Positions 8,588 to 16,897 of a DNA stretch of 41,227 bases are shown here, one piece after another (the first letter of the stretch is position 1; every line of letters begins with the position of its first letter). The position numbers and the translations under genes are program-made. The notes beneath the pieces are model-generated. The model saw only the letters and a list, made by a program, of their open reading frames with translations. It ran no database searches and was not told the origin of the DNA. The DNA comes from Clostridia bacterium. GTDB lineage: Bacteria; Bacillota; Clostridia; TANB77; CAG-508. The DNA is taken from contig CAADYC010000054.1 of NCBI GenBank assembly GCA_900753165.1, positions 1-41,227 on the forward strand, read 5' to 3'.

Positions 8588-9469
8588 ATGGAAAAACAAT
8601 TAAAACTTTTTTTTGAATTTTTAGAAAATGATAAAAAATTATCAAACAACACATTACAATCATACAAAAGAGATTTAAAACAATTCAGAAGATACATAGA
8701 AGGATGCGAAGTAGCTTATACAAAAGTAGACGAAGAAGTAATGCAAAACTACATTGAATATTTAGAAGAATTAGGAAAAAAACCTTCAACTATTTCAAGA
8801 TGTATAGCATCAATAAGATCTTTTTACCAATATGTATTAAAAAAGGGAAAAGTAAAAAAAGATCCAACAAAAAATATACAATCACCAAAAGTAGAAAAGA
8901 GAACACCATGTGTGTTAACTTCTAAAGAGGTTGAATTGTTATTGGAACAACCAAAAGATATAGATTTAAAAGGAATTAGAGATAAAGCAATGCTTGAATT
9001 TGCATATGCAACAGGAATGAGAGTAACAGAAATAATATCATTAGATATAGATGATATAAACTTTACTGAAGGATATGTAAATTGTAGAAAAGCAAATAAA
9101 CAAAGAATAATACCACTTGGAAAAATGTCATTAAAAGCATTAAAAGAATATACAGATCATGCAAGAGAAATATTACTTAAAGATGATAATGAAAAAGCAT
9201 TATTTGTAAATGTTAATGGACAAAGATTAACAAGACAAGGATTCTGGAAAATTATCAAATATTATAAAGAACAAGCTCATATAACAAAAGATATAACACC
9301 ACATGTTTTAAGACATTCATTTGCAACACATTTGTTACAAAATGGTGCAGATTTAAAAGCAATACAAACTATGCTTGGACATTCAGATATATCTTCAACA
9401 CAAGTTTATATGCAATTTCAAGATGATGGATTAAAAGATATTTATAGAAAGGCTCATCCAAGAGCTTAA
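8588..9469 (+). CDS. xerD: Tyrosine recombinase XerD (chromosome dimer resolution)
   Basis: 293 aa. N-terminal core-binding domain. Catalytic segments ATGMRVTE, LRHSFATHLL, GHSDISSTQVY. The spoIIM-xerD neighbourhood matches Bacillus. Confidence 0.8.
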   Translation: MEKQLKLFFEFLENDKKLSNNTLQSYKRDLKQFRRYIEGCEVAYTKVDEEVMQNYIEYLEELGKKPSTISRCIASIRSFYQYVLKKGKVKKDPTKNIQSPKVEKRTPCVLTSKEVELLLEQPKDIDLKGIRDKAMLEFAYATGMRVTEIISLDIDDINFTEGYVNCRKANKQRIIPLGKMSLKALKEYTDHAREILLKDDNEKALFVNVNGQRLTRQGFWKIIKYYKEQAHITKDITPHVLRHSFATHLLQNGADLKAIQTMLGHSDISSTQVYMQFQDDGLKDIYRKAHPRA

Positions 9470-9481
9470 GAAGAGATTGAG

Positions 9482-9515
9482 GGGATTGAGGGACGTTCCT
9501 TAAAATCCCTTTTTT
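9482..9515 (+). terminator. Intrinsic terminator after xerD
   Basis: GGGATT(9482-9487)/AATCCC(9504-9509), or alternatively AGGGA/TCCCT, followed by a T-run to 9515. Confidence 0.55.
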
Positions 9516-9567
9516 GAGGGATTAGGTGACATTCCTTAAAATTTTAATAAAAAAAGTTGTAAATTTC

Positions 9568-9595
9568 TTGACAAATGGGAAATTTATGGTATAAT
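9568..9595 (+). promoter_or_regulatory. Sigma-A-type promoter of the infC operon
   Basis: TTGACA (9568-9573), 16-nt spacer, TATAAT (9590-9595). Confidence 0.55.
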
Positions 9596-9596
9596 A

Positions 9597-9735
9597 ATTT
9601 ATGGTTACAAGAAGAAGCAATAACTTCTCACCTTAGCAAATAGGCAAAAGGTTAGAAAATAAATAAAATTTTAAAGTATAACTTTAAGTTTATTTTGTGT
9701 ATTGATTGACTTGTAACATAAGTCAATTTTTTTTA
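9597..9735 (+). promoter_or_regulatory. L20 leader (ribosomal-protein leader with transcription attenuator) upstream of infC
   Basis: An untranslated leader of about 150 nt ends in hairpin TTGACTT(9706-9712)/AAGTCAA(9720-9726) plus T8 (9727-9734), directly before the infC RBS. The position and architecture match the Firmicute L20-responsive leader. The upstream fold was not verified. Confidence 0.5.
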
Positions 9736-9750
9736 TGGAGGTGTTTTAAC

Positions 9751-10260
9751 ATAAAACAAGAATTACCAATTAATGGTCAAATAAGAGAAAAAGAAGTTCA
9801 ATTAATAGGAGTAAATGGTGAAAAATTAGGAGTTGTACCTATAAGAGAAGCTTTAGAAAAAGCGGGAGAAAACAACCTAGATTTAGTATTAGTTGCACCA
9901 AATTCAAAACCAGTAGTTTGTAAAATAATGAACTATGGAAAATATAAGTTTGAACAAGCAAAAAAAGAAAAAGAAGCTAAGAAAAAGCAAAAAATATTAG
10001 AAGTAAAAGAATTAAGAGTTACTCCAAATATTGAAGAACATGATTTTGAATTTAAAGCTAAAAATGCTAGAAAATTTTTAACAGAAGGAAACAAAGTTAA
10101 AATAACAGTAAGATTTAGAGGAAGAGAAGTAAATAATTCAAAAGCAGGAGAAAAAGTTTTAAATAACTTCATAGAAAAATTAGAAGATATAGCTACTGTA
10201 GAGAAAAAGCCAAAACTTGAAGGTAGAAATATGTTTACAATTTTAGCTAAAAAAGCGTAA
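9751..10260 (+). CDS. infC: Translation initiation factor IF-3, non-canonical ATA start
   Basis: RBS GGAGGTG (9737-9743) lies 7 nt before ATA 9751. The product starts IKQELPINGQIREKEVQLIG, like IF-3 N-termini. The ORF-track TTG at 9706 lies inside the attenuator stem and has no RBS. Confidence 0.9.
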   Translation: MKQELPINGQIREKEVQLIGVNGEKLGVVPIREALEKAGENNLDLVLVAPNSKPVVCKIMNYGKYKFEQAKKEKEAKKKQKILEVKELRVTPNIEEHDFEFKAKNARKFLTEGNKVKITVRFRGREVNNSKAGEKVLNNFIEKLEDIATVEKKPKLEGRNMFTILAKKA

Positions 10261-10311
10261 AAACGCTTTAGATATAAAATAACCAAGATAAAAGATAAGG
10301 GAGGAACTATC

Positions 10312-10515
10312 ATGGCAAAATTAAAAACAAATAAAGCTGCAAAGAAAAGATATTCATTAACAGCAACAGGAAAAATTAAAAGAACAAAATCTAACAGAAG
10401 ACATTTGTTAGCAAATAAAACAAAAAGACAAAAGAAATCTGGAAAAGTTCAAAATGCTTATGCAAGCAAAACATGTGAAAATACAATTAAAAAATTATTA
10501 CCATATGGTGGATAA
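10312..10515 (+). CDS. rpmI: 50S ribosomal protein L35
   Basis: 67 aa, basic, MAKLKTNKAAKKR..., RBS AAGGGAGG, positioned between infC and rplT. Confidence 0.9.
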   Translation: MAKLKTNKAAKKRYSLTATGKIKRTKSNRRHLLANKTKRQKKSGKVQNAYASKTCENTIKKLLPYGG

Positions 10516-10587
10516 TATTTAATTAAAAATTCAAATTATAATTAACAAAAAAGATTTGATAGACGAAAAGAAAGTGAGGAAATAAAA

Positions 10588-10938
10588 ATGGCAAGAGTAA
10601 AAACAGCTAGAACAACAAGAGCAAGACATAAAAAAATATTAAAACAAGCAAAAGGATATTTTGGAGCAAAACATTATAGATTCAGAAATGCAAATCAAGC
10701 AGTAATGAAATCTTTATCATATGCGTATGTAGGAAGAAAAGATAAGAAAAGTGATTTCAGAAAATTATGGATAACAAGAATTAATGCTGCAGCAAGAATG
10801 AATGGAACAACATACAGCAAAATGATTGCTGGTCTAAAAAAAGCTAATGTTACAATAAACAGAAAAATGTTAGCTGAAATAGCTGTAAGTGATCCAAAAG
10901 CATTTACAGAAATAGCTGAAATAGCAAAAAAAGCATAG
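10588..10938 (+). CDS. rplT: 50S ribosomal protein L20
   Basis: 116 aa. [26 protein letters not shown]... is a classic L20 N-terminus. Confidence 0.95.
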   Translation: MARVKTARTTRARHKKILKQAKGYFGAKHYRFRNANQAVMKSLSYAYVGRKDKKSDFRKLWITRINAAARMNGTTYSKMIAGLKKANVTINRKMLAEIAVSDPKAFTEIAEIAKKA

Positions 10939-10944
10939 TTTTAT

Positions 10945-10974
10945 AAAAAAGAACATTTTTTAATGTTCTTTTTT
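10945..10974 (+). terminator. Intrinsic terminator after rplT
   Basis: GAACATT(10951-10957)/AATGTTC(10962-10968), flanked by an A-run and a T-run. Confidence 0.75.
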
Positions 10975-11062
10975 GTTTTATCTATTGCAAATATTATGTA
11001 AATATGATATTATATTATTTGTAACACGTAGGTAAGCATATAATATACGGAGGACAAACACT

Positions 11063-11452
11063 ATGTATATATATGAAAATTATGTGGTAAGTACCACAGA
11101 AAATGGAAACTTCGAAGTTATACTCAACTTCGGAGATGAAGACTCTGAGGCTACAATAAGACTTAATAAGAGTGAGGTTGAAGAATTCGTCAATGAGAAT
11201 TTAAGACCTGAAATGGTTGCAATAATTATTGCCATTATTAAGTTCGCAAGAATTTTTTCTTGTAAAGTAGATGAAAATGGAAGGGCAAGTAAGGATATTA
11301 CAAAATTAGATACTTTTAAGTACAGATTTGATAATGTCTTAAATGCCTTTCCTTTTGAATACTTAGAAGAGAAATTCAATGGTTTGAAGTACTCAGATAT
11401 AGTTACGATGTTTGATTGGGATATCCCTACTATTATAGATTATCTTAGTTAA
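11063..11452 (+). CDS. Hypothetical 129-aa acidic protein (orphan, own RBS)
   Basis: RBS GGAGGA. I recognise no family. Codon choice is visibly less AT-biased than its neighbours (TTC, CTC, GAG, GCT). It sits between two strong terminators. Confidence 0.6.
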   Translation: MYIYENYVVSTTENGNFEVILNFGDEDSEATIRLNKSEVEEFVNENLRPEMVAIIIAIIKFARIFSCKVDENGRASKDITKLDTFKYRFDNVLNAFPFEYLEEKFNGLKYSDIVTMFDWDIPTIIDYLS

Positions 11453-11465
11453 ATGTCAAAAATAT

Positions 11466-11499
11466 AAAACCATAGATTAATTTTTTAATCTATGGTTTT
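11466..11499. terminator. Bidirectional terminator (15-bp perfect stem) between the orphan gene and spoVAE
   Basis: AAAACCATAGATTAA(11466-11480), loop TTTT, TTAATCTATGGTTTT(11485-11499). Confidence 0.8.
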
Positions 11500-11890
11500 A
11501 TTGTTTTTTCATTTTTGGTTTAGAAATCAAAGAAGCCAAATATCCAAAGAATACAGCAGCAGCAATTCCACCAGAGGCAGCTTTAACACCACCAGTAAAA
11601 GCACCAACTAAGCCAGTTTCTTTAACACCTTCAATAGCACCTTTTGCTAAATTATATCCGAACCCTGTTAATGGAACTGTAGCGCCTGCACCAGCAAAAT
11701 CAACTAGATATTTATAAATACCAAGACCACCTAAAATAGCACCAGTTGTTACAAAAATAACTAAAATTCTTGCAGGTGTAAGCTTTGTTTTATCTATTAA
11801 GATTTGACCAATCACACAAATAAGTCCGCCAACAACAAAACATTTTAATAATGGTAACCAATTAAAAACGTTTGCCCAATTTATATTCAT
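11498..11890 (-). CDS. spoVAE: Stage V sporulation protein AE (SpoVAEB-type)
   Basis: 130 aa membrane protein with VVGGLICVIGQIL and GAGATVPLTGFG motifs. It is the last gene of the spoVA operon. Confidence 0.85.
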   Translation of the reverse strand: MNINWANVFNWLPLLKCFVVGGLICVIGQILIDKTKLTPARILVIFVTTGAILGGLGIYKYLVDFAGAGATVPLTGFGYNLAKGAIEGVKETGLVGAFTGGVKAASGGIAAAVFFGYLASLISKPKMKKQ

Positions 11891-11949
11891 ATAATATACA
11901 CTCCTAACTATTATATTCTTTTGTCTTTCAAAAGAACATTTTTAAAATT

Positions 11950-12951
11950 TTAAAGTTCTATACTAATAGCATGAGCTATTCCAGGGATAGATTCACCTTG
12001 TTGAGAACTTGTGGAATTCATCAAAGCACCAGTTGCGACAAGTAATAATTTTTTAATTTTCTTTTCTCTTAATTGTTTAAATAAATAACCTGAAAATACA
12101 GTACCACAGCAAGCACAACCACTTCCACCGGAATGAGTATCTTGTTTAGCTTTATCAAAAATTAAAACTCCACAATCATTATAATTAGTTTTGATATTAT
12201 AACCTTGAGATTTTGCAATATCAATAGAAAGTTCTTTTCCAATGTGACCTAAATCACCACTAATAATAGCATCATAATAACTTGGATTTCTGCCTGTATC
12301 TTTGAAATGTGTTATTAAACTATCGACAAATGCCGGCGCCATAGCTGCTCCCATGTTATTAGCGTCTTTTATACCCATGTCAACGATTTTTCCTGGAGTA
12401 ATGTGAGTTATATATGGACCTGTACCTGTTTTTGAAATTATAGCAGCACCACTTCCGGTAACAGTCCATTGAGAAGTAGGCGGACGTTGGTTACCAAGCT
12501 CAAGTGGAAATCTAAATTGTTTTTCTGCACTACAAAAATGGCTAGAAGTTGCACATAATGCGTGTTCGGCAAAACTTTCAACAGCAATAGCAGATAATGC
12601 CATTGATTCTACAAAAGTAGAACATGCACCAAATACTCCAAAAAATGGAATGTTTAATTCACGAAGACCAAAACTAGAAGAAATACATTGGTTAAGTAAA
12701 TCACCAGCAAAACAACAATCAATTTGTTCAGAAGGAATGCCAGATTTACTAATTACAGTATTTACAGTTTCCTTTATAATTTTACTTTCAGCTTTTTCCC
12801 AGGTTTTTTCACCCCAAAATTCATCATCTAAAGTTTGATCAAAATATTTGGCAAGAGGACCTTGCGATTCTTTAGGACCAACAATAGAGGCACATTCTGT
12901 TATAGTTGGTGGATTATCAAATTTAATAGTTTGTTTTCCTATTTTTTTCAA
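11950..12951 (-). CDS. spoVAD: Stage V sporulation protein AD (thiolase-like)
   Basis: 333 aa. The N-terminus IKFDNPPTITECASIVGPKESQGPL is typical of SpoVAD. TTG start with AAAGGAG RBS. Confidence 0.9.
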   Translation of the reverse strand: MKKIGKQTIKFDNPPTITECASIVGPKESQGPLAKYFDQTLDDEFWGEKTWEKAESKIIKETVNTVISKSGIPSEQIDCCFAGDLLNQCISSSFGLRELNIPFFGVFGACSTFVESMALSAIAVESFAEHALCATSSHFCSAEKQFRFPLELGNQRPPTSQWTVTGSGAAIISKTGTGPYITHITPGKIVDMGIKDANNMGAAMAPAFVDSLITHFKDTGRNPSYYDAIISGDLGHIGKELSIDIAKSQGYNIKTNYNDCGVLIFDKAKQDTHSGGSGCACCGTVFSGYLFKQLREKKIKKLLLVATGALMNSTSSQQGESIPGIAHAISIEL

Positions 12952-12965
12952 AAAATCAACTCCTT

Positions 12966-13430
12966 TTATACAAGTGTCATACTTTGTGTATTAAAAATTA
13001 AATAAACAATACCTACAATTATAGAGGTAGAAATACCAAATACAAGAACAGGACCTGCAACAGTAAACATTTTTCCACCAACGCCCATTACATAACCTTC
13101 TGACTTATATTCCATTGCCGGTGAAACAATAGAATTTGCAAAACCTGTTATTGGAATTAAAGAACCAGCACCTGCGAATTTTCCTATTTTGTTAAAAATG
13201 TTAAGTCCTGTTAAAAATGCAGAAATTCCAATTAAAATTATTGATACAATTGTTCCTGATAAGTTTTGATCAAAAACACGTTCTTTACAAATGTTCATTA
13301 TTATTTGTCCAATTGTACAGATTAATCCACCAACCCAAAAAGCATTAAAACAGTTTTTTAAAATGGGTGAATTAGGTGATTTTTTATCAACATAATCTTG
13401 ATAAGTTTGTTTTGTTTCAATAGGATTCAT
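12966..13430 (-). CDS. spoVAC: Stage V sporulation protein AC
   Basis: 154 aa membrane protein with FWVGGLICTIGQ and GAGSLIPITGFANS motifs. Confidence 0.9.
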   Translation of the reverse strand: MNPIETKQTYQDYVDKKSPNSPILKNCFNAFWVGGLICTIGQIIMNICKERVFDQNLSGTIVSIILIGISAFLTGLNIFNKIGKFAGAGSLIPITGFANSIVSPAMEYKSEGYVMGVGGKMFTVAGPVLVFGISTSIIVGIVYLIFNTQSMTLV

Positions 13431-13651
13431 TATTTATCATCCTTTCTATTTAAATCAATTAAAAAAGTTAAATCTAAATCTACAAAATATTCTGATATTT
13501 TATTTCCATCAATTTTGGCTCGTTGTTCTAATATTTTGACTCCTGATATATAATCAATTGTTTTTGATGCTTCAAATATTGTTTTTGTGATTGCATCTTT
13601 CCAAGATGTTTCTGATGTTCCTGTTATTATTAAGTGTTTTTCTATATCCAT
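13430..13651 (-). CDS. Dodecin family protein (small flavin/cofactor-binding dodecamer family)
   Basis: 73 aa. The pattern ITGTSETSWKDAITKTIFEASKTI...V.....IDGNKISEY is typical of dodecins. RBS AGGAGG. Its stop overlaps the spoVAC start by 1 nt (TAATG). Confidence 0.7.
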   Translation of the reverse strand: MDIEKHLIITGTSETSWKDAITKTIFEASKTIDYISGVKILEQRAKIDGNKISEYFVDLDLTFLIDLNRKDDK

Positions 13652-13679
13652 GTTAAACCTCCTAAAATTCTTTTGATAG

Positions 13680-13708
13680 TATTTTTACCGATTTTAGAAA
13701 ATTTATAC
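13680..13708 (-). promoter_or_regulatory. Possible forespore-type (sigma-F/G-like) promoter for dodecin-spoVA
   Basis: On the minus strand: GTATA (13704-13708), 14 nt, GGTAAAAATA (13680-13689). This only loosely resembles the B. subtilis forespore promoter pattern. Confidence 0.25.
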
Positions 13709-13720
13709 ATTAAAAGAACA

Positions 13721-13749
13721 TTGCAAAAAAGTATAAAAAGATATATAAT
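13721..13749 (+). promoter_or_regulatory. Sigma-A-type promoter of rsmB
   Basis: TTGCAA (13721-13726), 17 nt, TATAAT (13744-13749). Confidence 0.45.
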
Positions 13750-13778
13750 CCAAAAAGAAAAATTGTTGGGGGTAAAAA

Positions 13779-15098
13779 ATGATAGATAAAACAAGGGAAA
13801 TAGCTCTAAAAACTCTATATGAAATAGACAAAGAACAAGCATATTCAAATATAGAATTAAATGAACAAATAAAGCAAAACAGAAAAAAATTAAATGAAAG
13901 AGATATAGGATTATTATCAGAAATAGTATATGGAGTGACAACATGGAAATTAACACTAGATGAAATAATAAAAAAATACTCAAAAATAAGACTAAAAAAA
14001 ATATCACCATGGATAATAAATATATTAAGAATGGGAATATATCAAATAATATTTTTAGATAAAATACCAAAATCAGCAGCAGTAAATGAAAGTGTAAATT
14101 TGGCCAAAAGATATGGACATTCTTCAAGTTCTAATTTTGTAAATGCAATTTTGAGAAAAGTGGAAAAAACGGATTATGAAGAATTTTTCAAAATAAAAGA
14201 TGATGTAGAGCGAATTTCAAAAACTACGTCTATGCCTAAATGGATAATTGAGGAACTAATGAAAAATAATAATCTAGAACAGGTTGAAGAAATTTGTAAA
14301 AATTCTAATTTGAAACCAAATATTTCAATAAGAGTAAATAGATTAAAAAATACAAAAAAGGAACTTATAGAAAAATTAGAGAAAAAAGGAATAGAATGTA
14401 AAAAAATACAATCTGAAGACAAAAATAAGAGTGATGTTGGTGATTTCTTGATTTTAAATAAGGTTAAAAATATAGAAAATCTACAGGAATTTAAAGATGG
14501 ATTGTTTATAATTCAGGATATATCTGCAGGGCAAACTGCTAAATTATTGAATCCTAAACCAGGTGAAAAAGTTTTAGATGCATGTTCGGCTCCTGGCGGA
14601 AAAACTACATATATGGCGGAATTGATGAATAATGAAGGAAAAATTGATGCTTGGGATATACATGAACATAGAACAAAACTTGTTGAACAAAATGCAAATA
14701 GATTAGGAATAAAAATTATAAAAACATGTGTAAAAGATTCTAGTATTTATGATGAAAAAATGAAGGAAAAATATGATAAAATTTTATTAGATGTTCCATG
14801 TTTAGGAATTGGGGTTATAAAGAGAAAACCGGACATAAAATGGCAGAGAAAACCAGAAGATGTTGAAAAAATTACAGATATTCAATCAAAAATATTAGAA
14901 AATTGTGCTAAATATTTAAAAAGTGGAGGTTCATTAGTTTATTCTACATGTAGTATATTAAATGAAGAAAATGAAAAAGTTGTTAATAAATTTTTAGATG
15001 AAAATGATCAATTTTATATTAATAAAAAAGAAATTCTAAATATATTGCCAAATATGGAAAAAGATGGATTTTTTATGTGTAAAATTTATAAGAAATAA
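13779..15098 (+). CDS. rsmB: 16S rRNA (cytosine967-C5)-methyltransferase RsmB/Sun
   Basis: 439 aa. NusB-like N-terminal domain. SAM-MTase motifs DACSAPGGKT, LLDVPCLGIGV, YSTCS. Confidence 0.9.
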   Translation: MIDKTREIALKTLYEIDKEQAYSNIELNEQIKQNRKKLNERDIGLLSEIVYGVTTWKLTLDEIIKKYSKIRLKKISPWIINILRMGIYQIIFLDKIPKSAAVNESVNLAKRYGHSSSSNFVNAILRKVEKTDYEEFFKIKDDVERISKTTSMPKWIIEELMKNNNLEQVEEICKNSNLKPNISIRVNRLKNTKKELIEKLEKKGIECKKIQSEDKNKSDVGDFLILNKVKNIENLQEFKDGLFIIQDISAGQTAKLLNPKPGEKVLDACSAPGGKTTYMAELMNNEGKIDAWDIHEHRTKLVEQNANRLGIKIIKTCVKDSSIYDEKMKEKYDKILLDVPCLGIGVIKRKPDIKWQRKPEDVEKITDIQSKILENCAKYLKSGGSLVYSTCSILNEENEKVVNKFLDENDQFYINKKEILNILPNMEKDGFFMCKIYKK

Positions 15099-15157
15099 GA
15101 AATATTACAAAAATATTACAAGAACTTTACATTTATATTATAAATTGATAAAAGCTA

Positions 15158-15185
15158 TTGACTTTTTGGCTAAAAACGATAAAAT
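15158..15185 (+). promoter_or_regulatory. Sigma-A-type promoter upstream of the pilus cluster
   Basis: TTGACT (15158-15163), 16 nt, TAAAAT (15180-15185). Confidence 0.4.
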
Positions 15186-15274
15186 AAAAGAGAAATGATT
15201 ATCATATTTTGTAGAAAAATATGGCTGTTAAAATAAATTACATTACATTATAAATAATTATAGAAGGAGTAGAA

Positions 15275-16897
15275 ATGTCAACTTGTCTTGGATTGTATAT
15301 AGAAGAAAATATAATTAAATATGCAAAAGTTTCTAAAGACCATGATCAGATAAAAGTAGAATCATTTGGTACCAAGTTTTATGATGATTTAGATAAAGTT
15401 GTAAAACAGATAGTTGAAGAAACATATAGTTATAGAACTCCTATTAGTATAAATTTATCTGAGGAAATGTATAATTATTACGATGTATTTGCAATGCTTA
15501 GTAAAAAGGATTTACCAAAGGCAATAAAGACAGAATTTGAAGCATATTGTGGAGAAAAAAATTATAATCCTAATGTGTTTGAAACTAGATATGCAATTAC
15601 TCCAAATACACAAAATAAAGAAAAATTGAAAGTAATACATATTAGTGAAAATAAAATAGAATTAAACAAAGTTTTACAAAGATTTAATTCATATAAATTA
15701 CAAAGTATTGTGCCTGTATCAATGTCAATACCAAGTATAAAAAAATTTGATGAAAAAGAAAATTGTTTGATAGTAAATATAGAATCAAATACAACTATAA
15801 CAACTATTTTAAATCAAAATATCTATAATATTACAAAAATAGATGTAGGTAGTCAAGAAATATTGGATAAGATAAATTTAAAAGAAAATTCTTATCAAAA
15901 AGCATATGAAATTTGCAAAGAAACAACAATTTATACTTCAGAAGGAAAAGAATTAACAAATGAGGAAACTAGCTATTTAGAAGATATAATGCCAACATTG
16001 TATGAAATAGTGGGTAATGTAAGAAAAATAATAAATGAAAGTTTAGATAAAATAGAAAAAATTTACATTACAGGAACAGGAGCTTTAATAAATAATATAG
16101 ATTTATATTTTGAAGAGTACTTAGAAAATGTAAGATGTGAAATTTTAAAACCAAGTTTTGTTAAGATTTCACCTGATATAAATATAAAAGATTATGTAGA
16201 AGTGAATTCAGCAATATCTTTAGCATTAAATGCTTTAGGACAAGGTATTGTAGGAATGAATTTTAAGAAAAATACATTAATGGATAAATTACCAGATGTA
16301 TTAAAGATGGAAGTTGGAACTAAAAAAACAAAAAGTCCATCAACAAAAAAATCTTTTAAATTTGTTACAATGGATTTTAATATACCTTTAGATAAAATTG
16401 AAAAGGGTATGTTAAGAAGTATAGTTGTAATATTAGTATTATTTTTTGTATATTGTGGATTTTCAGGTATGATAGTAAATCAAATAAATAAAAAAAATGA
16501 AGAAGCTGGAAAATCTATTGAAGATACAACAGCACAAATTTCTTTAATAGGTAATGATATACAAAGCTTGCAAAATAAAACTAATGATTATACAAGTAAA
16601 ATTAATAATTTAAAACAACTAAATGATAAAATTGAAGAAAATAATAGAACAAAGAAAGCAATACCAAATTTATTGAATAGATTGATGTATATTATGCCTA
16701 GCCAGGTACAATTGACATCAATACAAAACACATCAACTACACATATAGAAATACAAGCACAATCTTCAAGTTATGCAGAACTAGGATATTTAGCGGCTAG
16801 TATAAAAACAAATGGCATTCTTACAAATGTTATAACTACTTCTGGACAAAAAGAAAATAATATAGTAACAATAAAGATAGAAGGTGATTTGCCATGA
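15275..16897 (+). CDS. pilM: Type IV pilus assembly protein, PilM-PilN fusion
   Basis: 540 aa. The N-terminal ~330 aa is an actin-like ATPase fold. This is followed by a TM helix (SIVVILVLFFVYCGFSGMIV), a coiled coil and a PilN-like C-terminal domain. The fused arrangement is known in Clostridia. Confidence 0.75.
   Translation: MSTCLGLYIEENIIKYAKVSKDHDQIKVESFGTKFYDDLDKVVKQIVEETYSYRTPISINLSEEMYNYYDVFAMLSKKDLPKAIKTEFEAYCGEKNYNPNVFETRYAITPNTQNKEKLKVIHISENKIELNKVLQRFNSYKLQSIVPVSMSIPSIKKFDEKENCLIVNIESNTTITTILNQNIYNITKIDVGSQEILDKINLKENSYQKAYEICKETTIYTSEGKELTNEETSYLEDIMPTLYEIVGNVRKIINESLDKIEKIYITGTGALINNIDLYFEEYLENVRCEILKPSFVKISPDINIKDYVEVNSAISLALNALGQGIVGMNFKKNTLMDKLPDVLKMEVGTKKTKSPSTKKSFKFVTMDFNIPLDKIEKGMLRSIVVILVLFFVYCGFSGMIVNQINKKNEEAGKSIEDTTAQISLIGNDIQSLQNKTNDYTSKINNLKQLNDKIEENNRTKKAIPNLLNRLMYIMPSQVQLTSIQNTSTTHIEIQAQSSSYAELGYLAASIKTNGILTNVITTSGQKENNIVTIKIEGDLP

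Noticed and set aside
8278-8697. Minus-strand ORFs 8278-8697 and 8463-8663
   Set aside because: They are antisense to the frameshifted spoIIM C-terminus, the spoIIM-xerD spacer and the xerD start. The translations are low-complexity F/I/K/Y-rich sequence.
8588-9469. The tyrosine recombinase as a marker of a prophage, integron or mobile element, possibly acting on the nearby palindromes
   Set aside because: Its size, motifs and position next to spoIIM match housekeeping XerD. No phage, integron-cassette or transposon genes are nearby. A link to the foldback elements cannot be excluded, but nothing in the sequence supports it.
9489-9541. Repeated TTCCTTAAAAT (9497-9507 and 9531-9541) as a CRISPR-like or regulatory repeat
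   Set aside because: There are only two short copies, one of them inside the xerD terminator hairpin. There is no array structure and there are no spacers.
9706-9750. TTG 9706 as the infC start (ORF-track call)
   Set aside because: The codon lies inside the attenuator hairpin of the leader and no RBS precedes it. The added residues (MTCNISQFFLWRCFN) are not IF-3-like. ATA 9751 behind GGAGGTG fits better.
13642-14422. Minus-strand ORFs 13642-14127 (161 aa) and 14174-14422 overlapping rsmB
   Set aside because: The translations are L/F/I-dominated low-complexity sequence antisense to rsmB. The first would also run through the divergent promoter region. I treat both as frame shadows.
15099-15274. 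c-di-GMP riboswitch or another known leader upstream of the pilus cluster (also checked 18081-18161 upstream of the pilin)
   Set aside because: The leaders are short, extremely AT-rich and lack the conserved G+C-rich cores of GEMM-I/II riboswitches. Only a short direct repeat AATATTACAA x2 (15113-15133) was seen, and it is too short to interpret.
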